DNA of 64,000 nt, taken from NCBI GenBank assembly GCA_944386115.1, contig CALWZV010000001.1:6240-70239 (forward strand), in the 5' to 3' direction. This document shows, in pieces, positions 44,578 through 55,238 of the stretch. Positions within the stretch are counted from its first letter, which is position 1; every line of letters begins with the position of its first letter. The notes below the pieces were generated by a model, which did no database searches, was not told the origin of the DNA, and saw nothing but the letters and a program-made list of their open reading frames with translations. Source of the DNA: an uncultured Clostridia bacterium (GTDB lineage Bacteria; Bacillota; Clostridia; TANB77; CAG-508). A program made the translations under genes and the position numbers.

Positions 44578-44606
44578 AAATATCCTGATTATTTATCAGG
44601 ATATTT
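44578..44606. terminator. Bidirectional hairpin terminator
   Basis: atatcctgat-tattt-atcaggatat flanked by A-run and T-rich sequence. Confidence 0.75.
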
Positions 44607-44623
44607 CTTATGATAAAAATTAA

Positions 44624-45892
44624 TTATTTTTCAATAGTTGATGTTTCAGATTTTGATGATTTTTTTGAAAACATATTAATTAATAATGCTCCAATTCCAA
44701 ATATGAATATTATAATACTAACTACTAATTCTACAGCCATATTTATTATTCCTAATATATTTATCAATAACCAAAGAATTATTGCAGTTAAAATTACAAA
44801 AAGAATTGATTTTCCTTTTGATAATGGCTTTTTAGTTAACATACCAACAATAGCTAATACTGCAAATGCAAAAGATAGACTATATAATAGCATATAAATT
44901 ATAGATAGTACCATTGCAATTGGTAAGCCAACAATTGTAAACATTAATAATAAAATAATTAAAGGTACAACTACAATTACTAGTAAACCAATTCCTAAAG
45001 CTTTAAAAATTGAAATAGGTTTTAAATTATTTAATCTTGCAGCAAAGTTTGGAGTTAATTTATTAATTAATAACCAAACAATTAATACCAAAGCAAGAGT
45101 TCCAACTAAAGATGTAACATAAGAAAGAACTAATTCACCAATTGTTCTTCCTGCTAAAATATCATTTGATTTTGTATATTTTATTTCACCAGACACAATT
45201 CCTTCTGGTACTTCAACTTCGTCTTTTGCTGAATATTCTAAATTCCCATAGATAAGAACATCTTCAGAAATTTTTAAATTGTTAGAACTTGTAAATACAT
45301 TTCTTCCAATTCTTCCTTGTATGTCAATATTTCCTGCTGTAGCTTTCAAATCTCTATAAACTATTCCATCATATCCTATAGTAATGTTTCCACAATATGC
45401 ATATAAGTCATATATAGTTCCTGTTAAATTAAAAGAGTCAGCTACAACAAAAACATTTCCATAAACATAACCCTCATTAATATCTACTTCTTTAGCCATG
45501 ACAAATAAATCGCCACCAATTTCACCAGTAATAGTAACTTTATTTGCCATAACAAATGCATTACCATCGATTAATTTGTCAATAGTAACATCATCACCAG
45601 AAACGTAATAATCACCATTATGTAATTGAGAATTTATATCTTCACTTGCTTGTATGCTGCCAATGTCATCTTCTGTTTCTTCTGATGTTGCAGTTTGATT
45701 ATCTGCTTCTTCACTTGTTGTAACAACATCTGTTTCTTGTTCAACTGGTTCTTGAGATACATCATCAGATGATATTGCTTCAACTTCAGCTGTTGAATCA
45801 GGAGTTGTTTCAGAAGTTGCATTACAAGTTATAGAAAATGCAAGTAAAAATACAATGATTAAAGTTAAAATTTTAAATTTTGTTTTAAACAT
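44624..45892 (-). CDS. Secreted/membrane protein with bactofilin-like beta-helical repeats and a polytopic C-terminus
   Basis: AGGAGG RBS before ATG 45892 (MFKTKFKILTLIIVFLLAFS signal). Repeats of the type GNAFVMANKVTITGEIGGDLFVMAKEVDINEGYVYGNVFVVA. The ORF-track start at 46048 is probably an upstream extension. Confidence 0.55.
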   Translation of the reverse strand: MFKTKFKILTLIIVFLLAFSITCNATSETTPDSTAEVEAISSDDVSQEPVEQETDVVTTSEEADNQTATSEETEDDIGSIQASEDINSQLHNGDYYVSGDDVTIDKLIDGNAFVMANKVTITGEIGGDLFVMAKEVDINEGYVYGNVFVVADSFNLTGTIYDLYAYCGNITIGYDGIVYRDLKATAGNIDIQGRIGRNVFTSSNNLKISEDVLIYGNLEYSAKDEVEVPEGIVSGEIKYTKSNDILAGRTIGELVLSYVTSLVGTLALVLIVWLLINKLTPNFAARLNNLKPISIFKALGIGLLVIVVVPLIILLLMFTIVGLPIAMVLSIIYMLLYSLSFAFAVLAIVGMLTKKPLSKGKSILFVILTAIILWLLINILGIINMAVELVVSIIIFIFGIGALLINMFSKKSSKSETSTIEK

Positions 45893-46025
45893 AATTTTCC
45901 TCCTTTGATTTTTATTATCTAAAACTAATATATTAGATAATATGTTTAAATTATATTCAGTATAATATAACTTAATATTTTGTTTGTCAATCATAATAAT
46001 AAAAAACATATAAATTTTACAAAAG

Positions 46026-46148
46026 CTATTTCGATTTAAAATAGGCACAATCTAAATTAGGGGTAGCTGACATTTGATATACATTTTCAAGTGTGCATTT
46101 TCCATCTTTTTGGTAGACGCAATTAGAATCACAATTAATATTAATCAC
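46026..46148 (-). CDS. Small Cys-rich protein (40 aa), possibly DUF1540-like
   Basis: AGGTGA RBS + GTG. Sequence: VININCDSNCVYQKDGKCTLENVYQMSATPNLDCAYFKSK*. It is below the ORF-track length cut-off; the family call is from memory. Confidence 0.4.
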   Translation of the reverse strand: MININCDSNCVYQKDGKCTLENVYQMSATPNLDCAYFKSK

Positions 46149-46189
46149 AATAAATCACCTGATATGTAATATTGCAAAAAAAACAAATA

Positions 46190-46817
46190 TTATTCATGAT
46201 TTTTACAGAAATTAAATATAGGACAAGTAGAACATTTTGGATTTCTTGCTGTGCAACAATTTCTACCATGCCATATAAATAAATGATTTATATCTTTAAT
46301 ATATTTTTGTGGTACAATTTCTATTAAATCTTGCTCGATTTTTTCTGGATCAGAACTGTTAGAAATACCAAGTCTATTTGATATTCTTTTGGCATGAGTG
46401 TCAACAGCAATTCCAGATGGAATATTAAAAGCTTCTAATAAAATAACATTAGCACTTTTTCTACCGGATTCCACTTAAAGTTAAAAGTTCTTCCATTGTT
46501 TTAGGAACTTTACCATCAAAATTATCTATAAGTTGTTGACTCATGGTTTTAATATTTTTAGCTTTGTTTTTATAAAAACCACAAGGATGTATTAATTTTT
46601 CTAATTCTTGTAAATCAATGCTTGCAAAATCTTCGGGAGTATTGTACTTAGAAAAAATACTAGGAGTAGTTTTATTAACTCTTTCATCTGTACATTGAGC
46701 AGAAAGCATAACAGCAACAGCCATTTCAAATGGTGAATTAAAATCTAAGCTACATTTAGCATCAGGATAATTTTTCTTTAATATTTCTATAACTTTTGTA
46801 ACATCTTTTTTATTCAT
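46190..46817 (-). CDS. nth: Endonuclease III. Needs a 1-nt frame advance at CGG 46464-46466.
   Basis: ...VPKTMEELLTLSGI | CGG | (G)RKSANVILLEAFNIPSGIAVDTHAKRISNRLG... restores the HhH-GPD LxGIGRKSAN motif. The C-terminal 4Fe-4S cluster CxxxxxxCxxCxxxxxC is present. ORF-track pieces are 46461..46817 and 46190..46474. Confidence 0.88.
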
Positions 46818-46876
46818 ATAATCACCTTTTTACATAAAATTAATATAATATAATTAAGAAGTGGAGGTAATATATT

Positions 46877-47026
46877 ATGTTAGGACTTTTGAAAAAAACA
46901 TTAGCCGTATGTTTAATTGGTTTTGGGCTTGGAATATTACTTGTAATATTACTTCCATTTACAGGATGGCTATTTTTAATAGGAATAGCAATTATAGCAA
47001 TTGGGCTAATATGGTTATCATGTTAA
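46877..47026 (+). CDS. Small two-helix membrane protein (49 aa)
   Basis: GGAGGT RBS then ATG. Sequence: MLGLLKKTLAVCLIGFGLGILLVILLPFTGWLFLIGIAIIAIGLIWLSC*. This is preferred over the overlapping ORF-track entry 46861..47073, whose translation looks non-protein-like. Confidence 0.5.
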   Translation: MLGLLKKTLAVCLIGFGLGILLVILLPFTGWLFLIGIAIIAIGLIWLSC

Positions 47027-47227
47027 ATAAAGGAGTTGTATATAATGAAGATTGTTGTAAAAAAAGTTCCTAAGTTTTTAAGAGGCTTTGTAAAATTGAT
47101 ATTTGGTATAAAGGATTAATATTATACATAAGTTATTTTAATTTAACAACAGGAAAATGTCAATGAAACAAGGTCATAAAAAATCTCTTCCAAGAATATA
47201 TTTGAAACTATAAGGAGGAGATTTTTT

Positions 47228-47632
47228 ATGAACAAAACAATAGAAAAGGAAAATATAAAAAGCAATAATATGTTTAAAATTTTAAAAGGAATTATTTTAT
47301 CTATATTAATAACACTACTAGGTTTATTAATACTTGCAATAGTAATTACATATACAAATGTTTCAGAAAGTATAATACCTATAGCAGTAACTATAATTAC
47401 CGCAATTAGCATATTAATAGGTAGTTTTTTTAGCACAATAAATATACAAAAGAATGGATTGCTAAATGGATTTGCAGTGGGCTTTACATATATTGTAACA
47501 ATATATGTAATTTCAAGTATAACTTCAACAGGCTTTACGTTAACAAACACATCTTTTATAATGATTATTTCAGTAATATTAGCAGGTATGCTAGGAGGAA
47601 TTATAGGAGTTAATTTAAAAAATAAGAAATAA
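47228..47632 (+). CDS. TIGR04086-like small membrane protein
   Basis: Four hydrophobic helices, AGGAGA RBS. The family call is from memory. Confidence 0.5.
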   Translation: MNKTIEKENIKSNNMFKILKGIILSILITLLGLLILAIVITYTNVSESIIPIAVTIITAISILIGSFFSTINIQKNGLLNGFAVGFTYIVTIYVISSITSTGFTLTNTSFIMIISVILAGMLGGIIGVNLKNKK

Positions 47633-47728
47633 TACTATATTATAATTTAGCATTTTAAATATATTATTTTCAAAGCAAAACAAAGTATATTTTAAAGACA
47701 AAAATCCAAAAAATAATTGTAAAAAAGC

Positions 47729-47757
47729 TTGCAATTTAAACTAAAATATAGTAGAAT
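47729..47757 (+). promoter_or_regulatory. Putative sigma-A promoter of the nusA-infB operon
   Basis: TTGCAA, 17 nt, TAGAAT. A leader hairpin (agagtggga-acaa-atcccactct) follows. Confidence 0.45.
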
Positions 47758-47852
47758 ATTAAAGACAATAGAAGTGAACTAGAAGAGTGGGAACAAATCC
47801 CACTCTTAACTTGTATATGAAACATTTTTATTGTTTAGGGAGGTAATAGAAA

Positions 47853-48944
47853 ATGAAGCTAATTGATAGCAAGGAATTATTGCTTGCAATGGAAGAACTT
47901 GAAAAAGAAAGAAAAATAGATAAACAATTTTTAATAGAATCATTGGAAATGGCTCTTATTACAGCTTATAAAAGAGATTATGACTCAGCAGAAAATATAA
48001 AAATCTCAATAGATGATAAAACTGGGGAAATACACTTATATTCTGTGAAAACAGTAGTAGATGAAGTAAAAAATGATAAAACTGAAATAGGAAAAGAAGA
48101 AGCAAAAAATATAAGTAAAAAATTAAGTGTTGGAGATAGTGTAGATATTGAAATATTTCCAAGAGAATTCGGAAGAATAGCCGCTCAAACAGCAAAACAA
48201 GTTATAATTCAAAAAATAAGAGAAGCAGAAAGAACAATAGTATTTGATGAATTTAATGAAAGAAAGGGTGAAATTGTTTCAGCAATAATTCAAAAGGTAC
48301 AGCCTAATGCTTTAATATTAGATTTAGGGAAACTTGAGGGGATAATGCCGTTAAAAGAGCAGATACCAAGTGAAACATATAAACAAAATCAAAAAATAAA
48401 AGCATATGTTTTAGATGTTGAAAAAGGAATGAAAGGAAACACACAAGTAATTGTATCAAGAAGTCATCCAGATTTTGTTAGAAAGTTACTAGAATTAGAA
48501 ATACCAGAAATCTATGAAGGTTTAATAGAAATAAAGAGTGTAGCAAGAGATGCTGGTTCAAGAAGTAAAATAGCTGTATATTCAACAAATGAAAACATTG
48601 ACCCTGTTGGTTCATGTGTTGGACAAAAAGGGGTTAGAATTCAAAATATAATAAATGAATTAAATGGGGAAAAAATTGATGTTATTGAGTGGAATGAGGA
48701 TCCAGCTGTATATATTGCAGCAGCAATATTACCAGCCAATGTAATGGCTGTTGATATAAAAGAAGATGAAAAATTCGCACAAGTAATAGTTCCAGATGAT
48801 GAGTTATCTTTAGCAATAGGAAAATCAGGACAAAATGTAAGATTAGCAGCAAAATTGACTGGTTGGAAAATAGATATAAAAAGTGAAAGCCAATTTAGAA
48901 AAATGTTAGAAGCTGAAAGTAAAGAGGAAGAAGATGAAAAGTAG
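47853..48944 (+). CDS. nusA: Transcription termination/antitermination factor NusA
   Basis: S1 and KH domains (GSCVGQKGVRIQNIINELNGEKIDVI, AIGKSGQNVRLAAKLTGWKIDI). Confidence 0.96.
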   Translation: MKLIDSKELLLAMEELEKERKIDKQFLIESLEMALITAYKRDYDSAENIKISIDDKTGEIHLYSVKTVVDEVKNDKTEIGKEEAKNISKKLSVGDSVDIEIFPREFGRIAAQTAKQVIIQKIREAERTIVFDEFNERKGEIVSAIIQKVQPNALILDLGKLEGIMPLKEQIPSETYKQNQKIKAYVLDVEKGMKGNTQVIVSRSHPDFVRKLLELEIPEIYEGLIEIKSVARDAGSRSKIAVYSTNENIDPVGSCVGQKGVRIQNIINELNGEKIDVIEWNEDPAVYIAAAILPANVMAVDIKEDEKFAQVIVPDDELSLAIGKSGQNVRLAAKLTGWKIDIKSESQFRKMLEAESKEEEDEK

Positions 48945-48956
48945 GATGTGATATTA

Positions 48957-49223
48957 ATGAAAAAAAATCCGCAAAGAACATGTATAGGTTGTAATGAAAA
49001 AAAAGATAAAAAAGACTTAATAAGAATAGTAAAAAACAAAGATGGGGAAATAAATATTGATAGAACTGGAAAAGCAAACGGAAGAGGAGCATATATATGT
49101 GATAGTATAGAATGTTTAGAAAAAGCAGTCAAATGTAAAAAACTTGAAAAAGTTTTCGAAACTAGAATCGAAGAAGAAATTTATAATAAACTAAGAGGTG
49201 TAATTATTGATAGTGCAAAATAA
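48957..49223 (+). CDS. rnpM: YlxR/RnpM (DUF448) RNA-binding protein
   Basis: QRTCIGCNEKKDKKDLIRIV...GRGAYIC. Position after nusA is conserved. Confidence 0.85.
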   Translation: MKKNPQRTCIGCNEKKDKKDLIRIVKNKDGEINIDRTGKANGRGAYICDSIECLEKAVKCKKLEKVFETRIEEEIYNKLRGVIIDSAK

Positions 49224-49536
49224 AGTATTGGGATTAATTGGATTGTCTACCAAGGCTGGCAAGGTACTAGCGGGTAGAGAGGTTGTTTTGGAAAATGTAA
49301 GAAAGAAGAAAGTTAATCTGGTTATATGTGCAGAAGACGCTTCAGATAAAACCAAAAAAGAAATTAAAGAAATTTGTGACAAGTTCAATATTAAATTAAT
49401 TGAATTCCAAACTATAGAAGAACTAAGTAAGACGATTGGTAAGGAAAACAAAGCAATTATTGGTATTAAAGATAAAAACTTATCTACTGAAATAGAAAAT
49501 AAAATTTATGGGGGTGATGCTAATGGGGAAAATTAA
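49207..49536 (+). CDS. L7Ae-family RNA-binding protein (YlxQ-like)
   Basis: [21 protein letters not shown]...LVICAEDAS. The start is uncertain (TTG 49207 or GTG 49213). Confidence 0.7.
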   Translation: MIVQNKVLGLIGLSTKAGKVLAGREVVLENVRKKKVNLVICAEDASDKTKKEIKEICDKFNIKLIEFQTIEELSKTIGKENKAIIGIKDKNLSTEIENKIYGGDANGEN

Positions 49537-52366
49537 AATTCATGAAATAGCAAAAGAATTAAATATAACTAGTAAAGAGGTATTGGAAAAAGCAAAAGAA
49601 TTAGGAATAGAAGCCAAAAGTCATTTAAGTGGAGTAGAAGAAACTGAAGCTCAAAAAATAAGGGATAGTTTTAGTACTGGTACAAAAAAAATAGCTGAAG
49701 AAAAAAAAGAAAAGCAACAACCTGCAAATCATGTTATTATAAGAAGAGAAATTGTTGTTTCAGATGAAGAACTTGCAAGAAAACAAGAAGAAGAAAAGAG
49801 AAAAAGAATTGAACAAAGAAAAAATGAAGTTGGCTTTATAAACGAACGAAAAAGGGATTTTAATATTGTATATAGAAACAAACCTAATAAGCCACTTACT
49901 GTAAATGAATTATTTGGAGTAAATAAAAAAGATGAAAAAAAAGAAGAAAAAAAACATGAAGATAAAATAGAGAAAAAAGAGCAAGAAACTGAAAAACACC
50001 CAAAAGAAGCACTAAATGTAGAAAATAAAGAAGAAACTGGTGAAAAGAGAAAAATAGAATCACAACCAAATAACTATAAAAATAATTACCAACAAAACAA
50101 CTATAAAAATAATAATTATAGAAATAATGGACAAAATAATTTTTACAAAAATAATAATCAAAACAATGCAAATCAAAATAATTATAGAAACAACCAGAAT
50201 AATTATAAAAACAATAACGGAAATTATAATCCAAAACAAAATAACTTTAAAAATAACAACTATTCTAATGACAGAAGAAGACCTCTTGACGAAAAAGGAA
50301 TAGAGAAAAACATAAAGAATATAATGGCTTCAGATATTATTGAAAAAGAAAATGTAAGAGAATATACAAATAAAGCAATAGACAAACAAAAACAAAACAG
50401 ACAAGAAGATAAAAACAAGAAAATCCCAAAAAATAAGAAGATGCATGAATTTGATTCAGGAAAATTAAAAAGCTTAAAACAAGAAAGTAAGCTTTCACAT
50501 ATGTTTAACGAAGGCTCTATGCTTGACTATTATGATTTAACAACAGTAAGAGGGAAAAAAGGAAAGAAAAAGAAAAACTATGACGAAGAAGAACATGTAA
50601 AACAAAAAATATTTAAGCTAACAGATATAACAATTCCTGAAACAATAAGTGTTAAAGACTTAGCTGCAGAACTTAAAAAAGCAAGTAGTGAAGTTATTAA
50701 AAAACTATTAGGTTATGGAATATTAGCAACAATAAATAATGAATTGGATTTTGATACAGCCTTCTTAGTTGCAGAAGAATTTGGAGTCGTTGCACATAAA
50801 AAAGAAGTTGTAACAGAAGAAGACATATTATTTGATGAAAGTGAAGATAAAGAAGAAGAACTAGAACCAAGACCACCTGTTGTTGTTGTTATGGGGCATG
50901 TTGATCATGGAAAAACTTCTCTTTTAGATGCTGTAAGAAAAACAAATGTAATTGAAGGAGAAGCTGGAGGAATTACACAACATATTGGTGCATATAAGGT
51001 TGAAATAAATGGCAGAGAAATAACATTTTTAGATACTCCTGGACATGAAGCTTTTACAAGTATGAGAGCAAGAGGAGCACAAGTAACAGACATAGCAATT
51101 TTAGTTGTGGCTGCAAATGATGGTGTTATGCCACAAACTATAGAGGCAATAAACCATGCTAAAGCTGCAGGAGTTCCTATAATTGTAGCTGTTAATAAAA
51201 TTGATTTAGATGGAGCAAATGTAGAAAAAATAAAACAGGAATTAACAGAATATGGATTAGTACCAGAAGAATGGGGAGGAGATACAATATTTGTTCCAAT
51301 ATCAGCAAAATTAGGAACTAATATAGACACATTATTAGAGATGGTATTATTACTTGCAGATATGAAAGAGTTAAAAGCAAATCCTCATAAACAAGCAAAA
51401 GGTACAGTAATAGAAGCAAGATTAGACAAAAATAAAGGACCTGTAGCGACAATGTTAGTTCAAAGAGGAACTTTAGATACAGGAGATACAATTGTTGTCG
51501 GATCTGTAATTGGAAGAATTAGAACTATGAAAAATGATAAAGGACAGAGCGTAAAAATGGCAACTCCATCTACACCTGTAGAAATCACAGGCCTTCCAGA
51601 AGTGCCAGAAGCAGGTGAAGTATTTTATGAAGTAAAAGATGAAAAAACAGCAAAACATTTAATTGAAAAAAGAAAGAACCAAGCAAGAGATAGAATAATG
51701 AAATTAACATCAAAGGTTACTCTAGATGATTTATATAATCAAATAGAGCAAGGAAAACTAAAACAGCTAAATTTAATAGTAAAAGCAGATGTACAAGGAT
51801 CTGTAGAGGCTGTTAAACAATCTTTAGAAAAATTATCAGATAAAGATGTAAAAGTTTCTGTAATACATGCAAATGTTGGAGCTGTTAGTCAAAGTGATGT
51901 TACTCTAGCGAAAGTTTCTAATGCAATAATAATTGCATTTAATGTAAGACCAGATAGTACTGCAAAAGAAATTGCTAAAAAAGAAGGAGTAGAAATAAAA
52001 ACATATTCTGTAATTTATAATGCAATAGAAGATATAAAATTAGCAATGAAAGGAATGCTAGATCCTGAATATAAAGAAGTTATAATTGGAACTGCAGAAG
52101 TAAGGCAAACATTTAAAGTTTCAAATGTTGGAACTATAGCAGGATGTTATGTAACAGATGGAAAAATAGTTAGAAATGCAATTGTAAGAGTTATAAGAGA
52201 AAACATCGTTATACATGAGGGAAAATTAGTTTCTTTAAAAAGATTTAAAGATGATGTAAAAGAAGTAAACAAAGAATATGAATGTGGTATGCAAATAGAA
52301 AACTATAATGATTTAAAAGAAGGAGATATTATAGAAGCTCATATAATGGAAGAAGTAAAAAAATAA
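49523..52366 (+). CDS. infB: Translation initiation factor IF-2
   Basis: [13 protein letters not shown]-terminus. G-domain: [27 protein letters not shown] 49523 lies 6 nt after GGGGTG. There is an N-rich low-complexity insert in the N-terminal region. Confidence 0.96.
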   Translation: MGKIKIHEIAKELNITSKEVLEKAKELGIEAKSHLSGVEETEAQKIRDSFSTGTKKIAEEKKEKQQPANHVIIRREIVVSDEELARKQEEEKRKRIEQRKNEVGFINERKRDFNIVYRNKPNKPLTVNELFGVNKKDEKKEEKKHEDKIEKKEQETEKHPKEALNVENKEETGEKRKIESQPNNYKNNYQQNNYKNNNYRNNGQNNFYKNNNQNNANQNNYRNNQNNYKNNNGNYNPKQNNFKNNNYSNDRRRPLDEKGIEKNIKNIMASDIIEKENVREYTNKAIDKQKQNRQEDKNKKIPKNKKMHEFDSGKLKSLKQESKLSHMFNEGSMLDYYDLTTVRGKKGKKKKNYDEEEHVKQKIFKLTDITIPETISVKDLAAELKKASSEVIKKLLGYGILATINNELDFDTAFLVAEEFGVVAHKKEVVTEEDILFDESEDKEEELEPRPPVVVVMGHVDHGKTSLLDAVRKTNVIEGEAGGITQHIGAYKVEINGREITFLDTPGHEAFTSMRARGAQVTDIAILVVAANDGVMPQTIEAINHAKAAGVPIIVAVNKIDLDGANVEKIKQELTEYGLVPEEWGGDTIFVPISAKLGTNIDTLLEMVLLLADMKELKANPHKQAKGTVIEARLDKNKGPVATMLVQRGTLDTGDTIVVGSVIGRIRTMKNDKGQSVKMATPSTPVEITGLPEVPEAGEVFYEVKDEKTAKHLIEKRKNQARDRIMKLTSKVTLDDLYNQIEQGKLKQLNLIVKADVQGSVEAVKQSLEKLSDKDVKVSVIHANVGAVSQSDVTLAKVSNAIIIAFNVRPDSTAKEIAKKEGVEIKTYSVIYNAIEDIKLAMKGMLDPEYKEVIIGTAEVRQTFKVSNVGTIAGCYVTDGKIVRNAIVRVIRENIVIHEGKLVSLKRFKDDVKEVNKEYECGMQIENYNDLKEGDIIEAHIMEEVKK

Positions 52367-52378
52367 TTGGAGGGAGTA

Positions 52379-52741
52379 ATGCAAAAAGATTCAAATAAAA
52401 AGCTTGAAAGAATAAATGAGGAATTAAAAAGAACTTTAAGTAATATAATTAATTATGAACTTAAAGATCCAAAAATTACGGGAATAATTAGTGTGACTGA
52501 TGTAAAAACAACTCCAGATTTAAAATATTCAAGGGTTTATGTAAGTATTTTAAATGCAAAAAATAAAAAAGCAACTCTAGCAAGACTAAAAAAATCTTCA
52601 GGATTTATTAGAAGTGAAGTTGCAAAAGAAATAAATCTAAGATTAACCCCTGAACTTGTATTTTTATTAGACGAAAGCACTGAATATGGAGCAAAAATTG
52701 ATGCAATTTTAAATGATATAATGAAAGATATAAAAGAATAG
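52379..52741 (+). CDS. rbfA: Ribosome-binding factor A
   Basis: RINEELKRTLSNIINYELKDPKITGIISVTDVKTTPDLKYSRVYVS. Confidence 0.93.
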   Translation: MQKDSNKKLERINEELKRTLSNIINYELKDPKITGIISVTDVKTTPDLKYSRVYVSILNAKNKKATLARLKKSSGFIRSEVAKEINLRLTPELVFLLDESTEYGAKIDAILNDIMKDIKE

Positions 52742-52753
52742 AAAGGAAACATT

Positions 52754-53702
52754 ATGATTTTAGATAATATAAAAGAAAAAATAGAATTATCTAATTCTAT
52801 AGTTATATTAACCCATGAAACACCAGATGGAGATGCAATACGGTTCTTCAATTGCTATGTATATTGCATTAAAAAGAATGGGAAAAAAAGTTGATGTTAT
52901 TTTGCCTGAATATCCAAAATGCTATGAGTTTTTGCCATGTATAACTGAAGCAAAAAAGGAAAAATCTCAAGAAAAATATGATTTAGCAATTGCCCTAGAT
53001 TGTTCTGACATAAAAAGATTAAATGGATTTTCAGATTGCTTTGAAAATGCAAATTCGAGAATAGTTATAGATCACCATGGAAGTAATACTATGTTTGGTG
53101 ATGATAATTTTGTAAATCCAGTTTCACCAGCTTGTTCAGAGATATTAATAATAGTTTTAGAATATATTGGAGTAAATATAGATAAAGAAATAGGAACATG
53201 TTTACTTACAGGAATAATAACAGATACAGGTGGATTTAAATATTCAAACGTTACATCAGACACATTTGAATTTGTAGCAGAATTATTAAAAAAAGGAGTA
53301 AATGTTTCAAATGTATATAAAATGGCAATGCAAATAATTTCAAGACCAAGTTTTGAATTAAGAAAAATTGCAATAAACAGGATGGAATTTTTAGAAGAAG
53401 GTAAGATTACTTTTACTTACATAACAACAGATGAAATGAAAAAGCTAGGAGCAGGAATAGGAGATCATGATGGAATAGTTGAAATAGGAAGAGATGTTGA
53501 AGGAGTTGAAGTTTCCATATTTTTAAGGCAAACAGAAACAGGGTATAAAGCATCTTTACGTTCGAATGGAAAAATAAATGTAGCTGATGCTTGCCTTATG
53601 CTAGGTGGCGGAGGGCATCCGTTTGCAGCAGGATGTAATTTAGAAATGAGATTAGAACAGGCTAAAGAAAAAATAATATCACAAATAAAAAGGTTTTTAT
53701 AA
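52754..53702 (+). CDS. nrnA: DHH/DHHA1 phosphoesterase NrnA-like. Needs a 1-nt frame advance at CGG 52841-52843.
   Basis: ATG 52754 gives MILDNIKEKIELSNSIVILTHETPDGDAI | CGG | (G)SSIAMYIALKRMGKKV..., restoring the DHH motif I PDGDAIGS. DHH (IDHH) and DHHA1 (GGGGHPFAAG) lie downstream. ORF-track 52815..53702 lacks the N-terminus. Confidence 0.87.
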
Positions 53703-53711
53703 GGTAAAGCT

Positions 53712-54548
53712 ATGACAATACATGATGTGCTAAAATTAAATATAACTAAGCTAAAAGAGCATAATATAGAAGAACCTATATTAAAGGCTAAAATACTTTT
53801 AGCTTTTGTTTTATGCAAAACAAAAGAATATTTACTAATTAACCAAAATGAAGAAATTAATAAAGATATTATAAAAATTTATGAAACAAATATAGAAAAA
53901 ATAATTAACGGATTTCCTATACAATATATAACTAATAAAAAGGAATTTATGGGATTAGATTTTTTTGTAAATGAAAGTGTATTAATACCAAGAAATGATA
54001 CAGAGATTTTAGTAGAAGAATCATTAAATATTATAAAAAAACATAATATGCATGAAATATTAGATTTATGTACAGGAAGTGGAGCTATTGCTGTATCTAT
54101 TGCAAAAAAAATAGAAAATGCAAAAATTATTGCAACTGATATTAGTGAAGAAGCCTTAAAAATTGCAGAAAAAAATGCAATGCAAAATAATGTATTTGAA
54201 AAAGTAAAGTTCCAAAAAAGTAATATGTTTGAAAAAATAAATTCAAAATTTGATATAATAGTTTCAAATCCGCCATACATAGAAACAAAAACAATCAAAG
54301 AATTAAGTGAAGAAGTACAAAAAGAACCTTATATAGCTTTAAATGGTGGACAAGATGGGCTTAATTTTTATAAAATTATTGCAGAAAATGCAAAAATGTT
54401 TCTGAATAAAAATGGATACTTAGCATTAGAGATAGGTTATAATCAAAAAGAAAGTGTAATTGAAATATTAAAAAACTATGAATATAAAAACATATATACA
54501 AAAAAAGACTTAGGAGGAAATGATAGAGTAATAGTATGTAAGTGCTAA
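53712..54548 (+). CDS. prmC: Release factor glutamine N5-methyltransferase
   Basis: LDLCTGSGAIA SAM motif and VSNPPYI. Confidence 0.9.
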   Translation: MTIHDVLKLNITKLKEHNIEEPILKAKILLAFVLCKTKEYLLINQNEEINKDIIKIYETNIEKIINGFPIQYITNKKEFMGLDFFVNESVLIPRNDTEILVEESLNIIKKHNMHEILDLCTGSGAIAVSIAKKIENAKIIATDISEEALKIAEKNAMQNNVFEKVKFQKSNMFEKINSKFDIIVSNPPYIETKTIKELSEEVQKEPYIALNGGQDGLNFYKIIAENAKMFLNKNGYLALEIGYNQKESVIEILKNYEYKNIYTKKDLGGNDRVIVCKC

Positions 54549-54560
54549 AAGGAGGAATTT

Positions 54561-55211
54561 ATGTCATTTACATCTGAAATTAAACAAGAGTTAATGGAAT
54601 TGAAAATATGGAATCAAAATAGTCAATTTTCGCAAGAAGAGCAAATAAAAAGAATTTGCATAAGAGAAGCTTTTTTGAAATCTGGTTCTATTAATGATCC
54701 AAATAAAGAATATCATTTAGAAATTATATTTAAATTGAAAAGAAAAGCAGATGAAATAAATATAATGTTAAAAGAATTAAACATAAACTCTAAAATAATA
54801 ACAAGGAATAAAAAATATGTTATATACATAAAGGATGGAGAAGAAATATCTAAGTTTTTGGCACTAATAGGAGCAAATAATGCTGTTATAAAATTTGAAG
54901 AAATAAGAGTTATAAAAGACATGAAAAATAAAGTAAATAGAAAAGTAAATTATGAAACAGCAAACTTAAATAAAACAATAGATGCAGCAGTTAAACAAAT
55001 AGAGGATATAAAGCTTATAAAAGCAAGAAATGAATTTATAAAATTACCAGATGGACTAAAGGAACTAGCTAATTTAAGAATAGAAAATCCAGAAAGTAGC
55101 TTAACAGAGTTGGGAAAAATGTTAAGCAAACCACTTAGTAAGTCTGGGGTAAATCATAGGCTTTTAAAACTAAAGGAAATTGCAGAAAACTTAAAATTAA
55201 AAGATTTATAA
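54561..55211 (+). CDS. whiA: WhiA-like DNA-binding protein, short form (216 aa)
   Basis: MSFTSEIKQEL start, REAFLKSGSINDPNKEYHLEI, NRKVNYETANLNKT, C-terminal HTH SKSGVNHRLLKLKEIA. About 100 aa corresponding to the usual N-terminal domain are absent. Confidence 0.8.
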   Translation: MSFTSEIKQELMELKIWNQNSQFSQEEQIKRICIREAFLKSGSINDPNKEYHLEIIFKLKRKADEINIMLKELNINSKIITRNKKYVIYIKDGEEISKFLALIGANNAVIKFEEIRVIKDMKNKVNRKVNYETANLNKTIDAAVKQIEDIKLIKARNEFIKLPDGLKELANLRIENPESSLTELGKMLSKPLSKSGVNHRLLKLKEIAENLKLKDL

Positions 55212-55238
55212 TAATAATCATGTATAAGGAGAATTACA

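Noticed and set aside
46861-47073. 70-aa ORF-track entry MEVIYYVRTFEKNISRMFNWFW...
   Set aside because: It has a GTG start inside the RBS of a better candidate. The alternative frame encodes a clean two-helix 49-aa membrane protein (46877..47026) with proper GGAGGT spacing.
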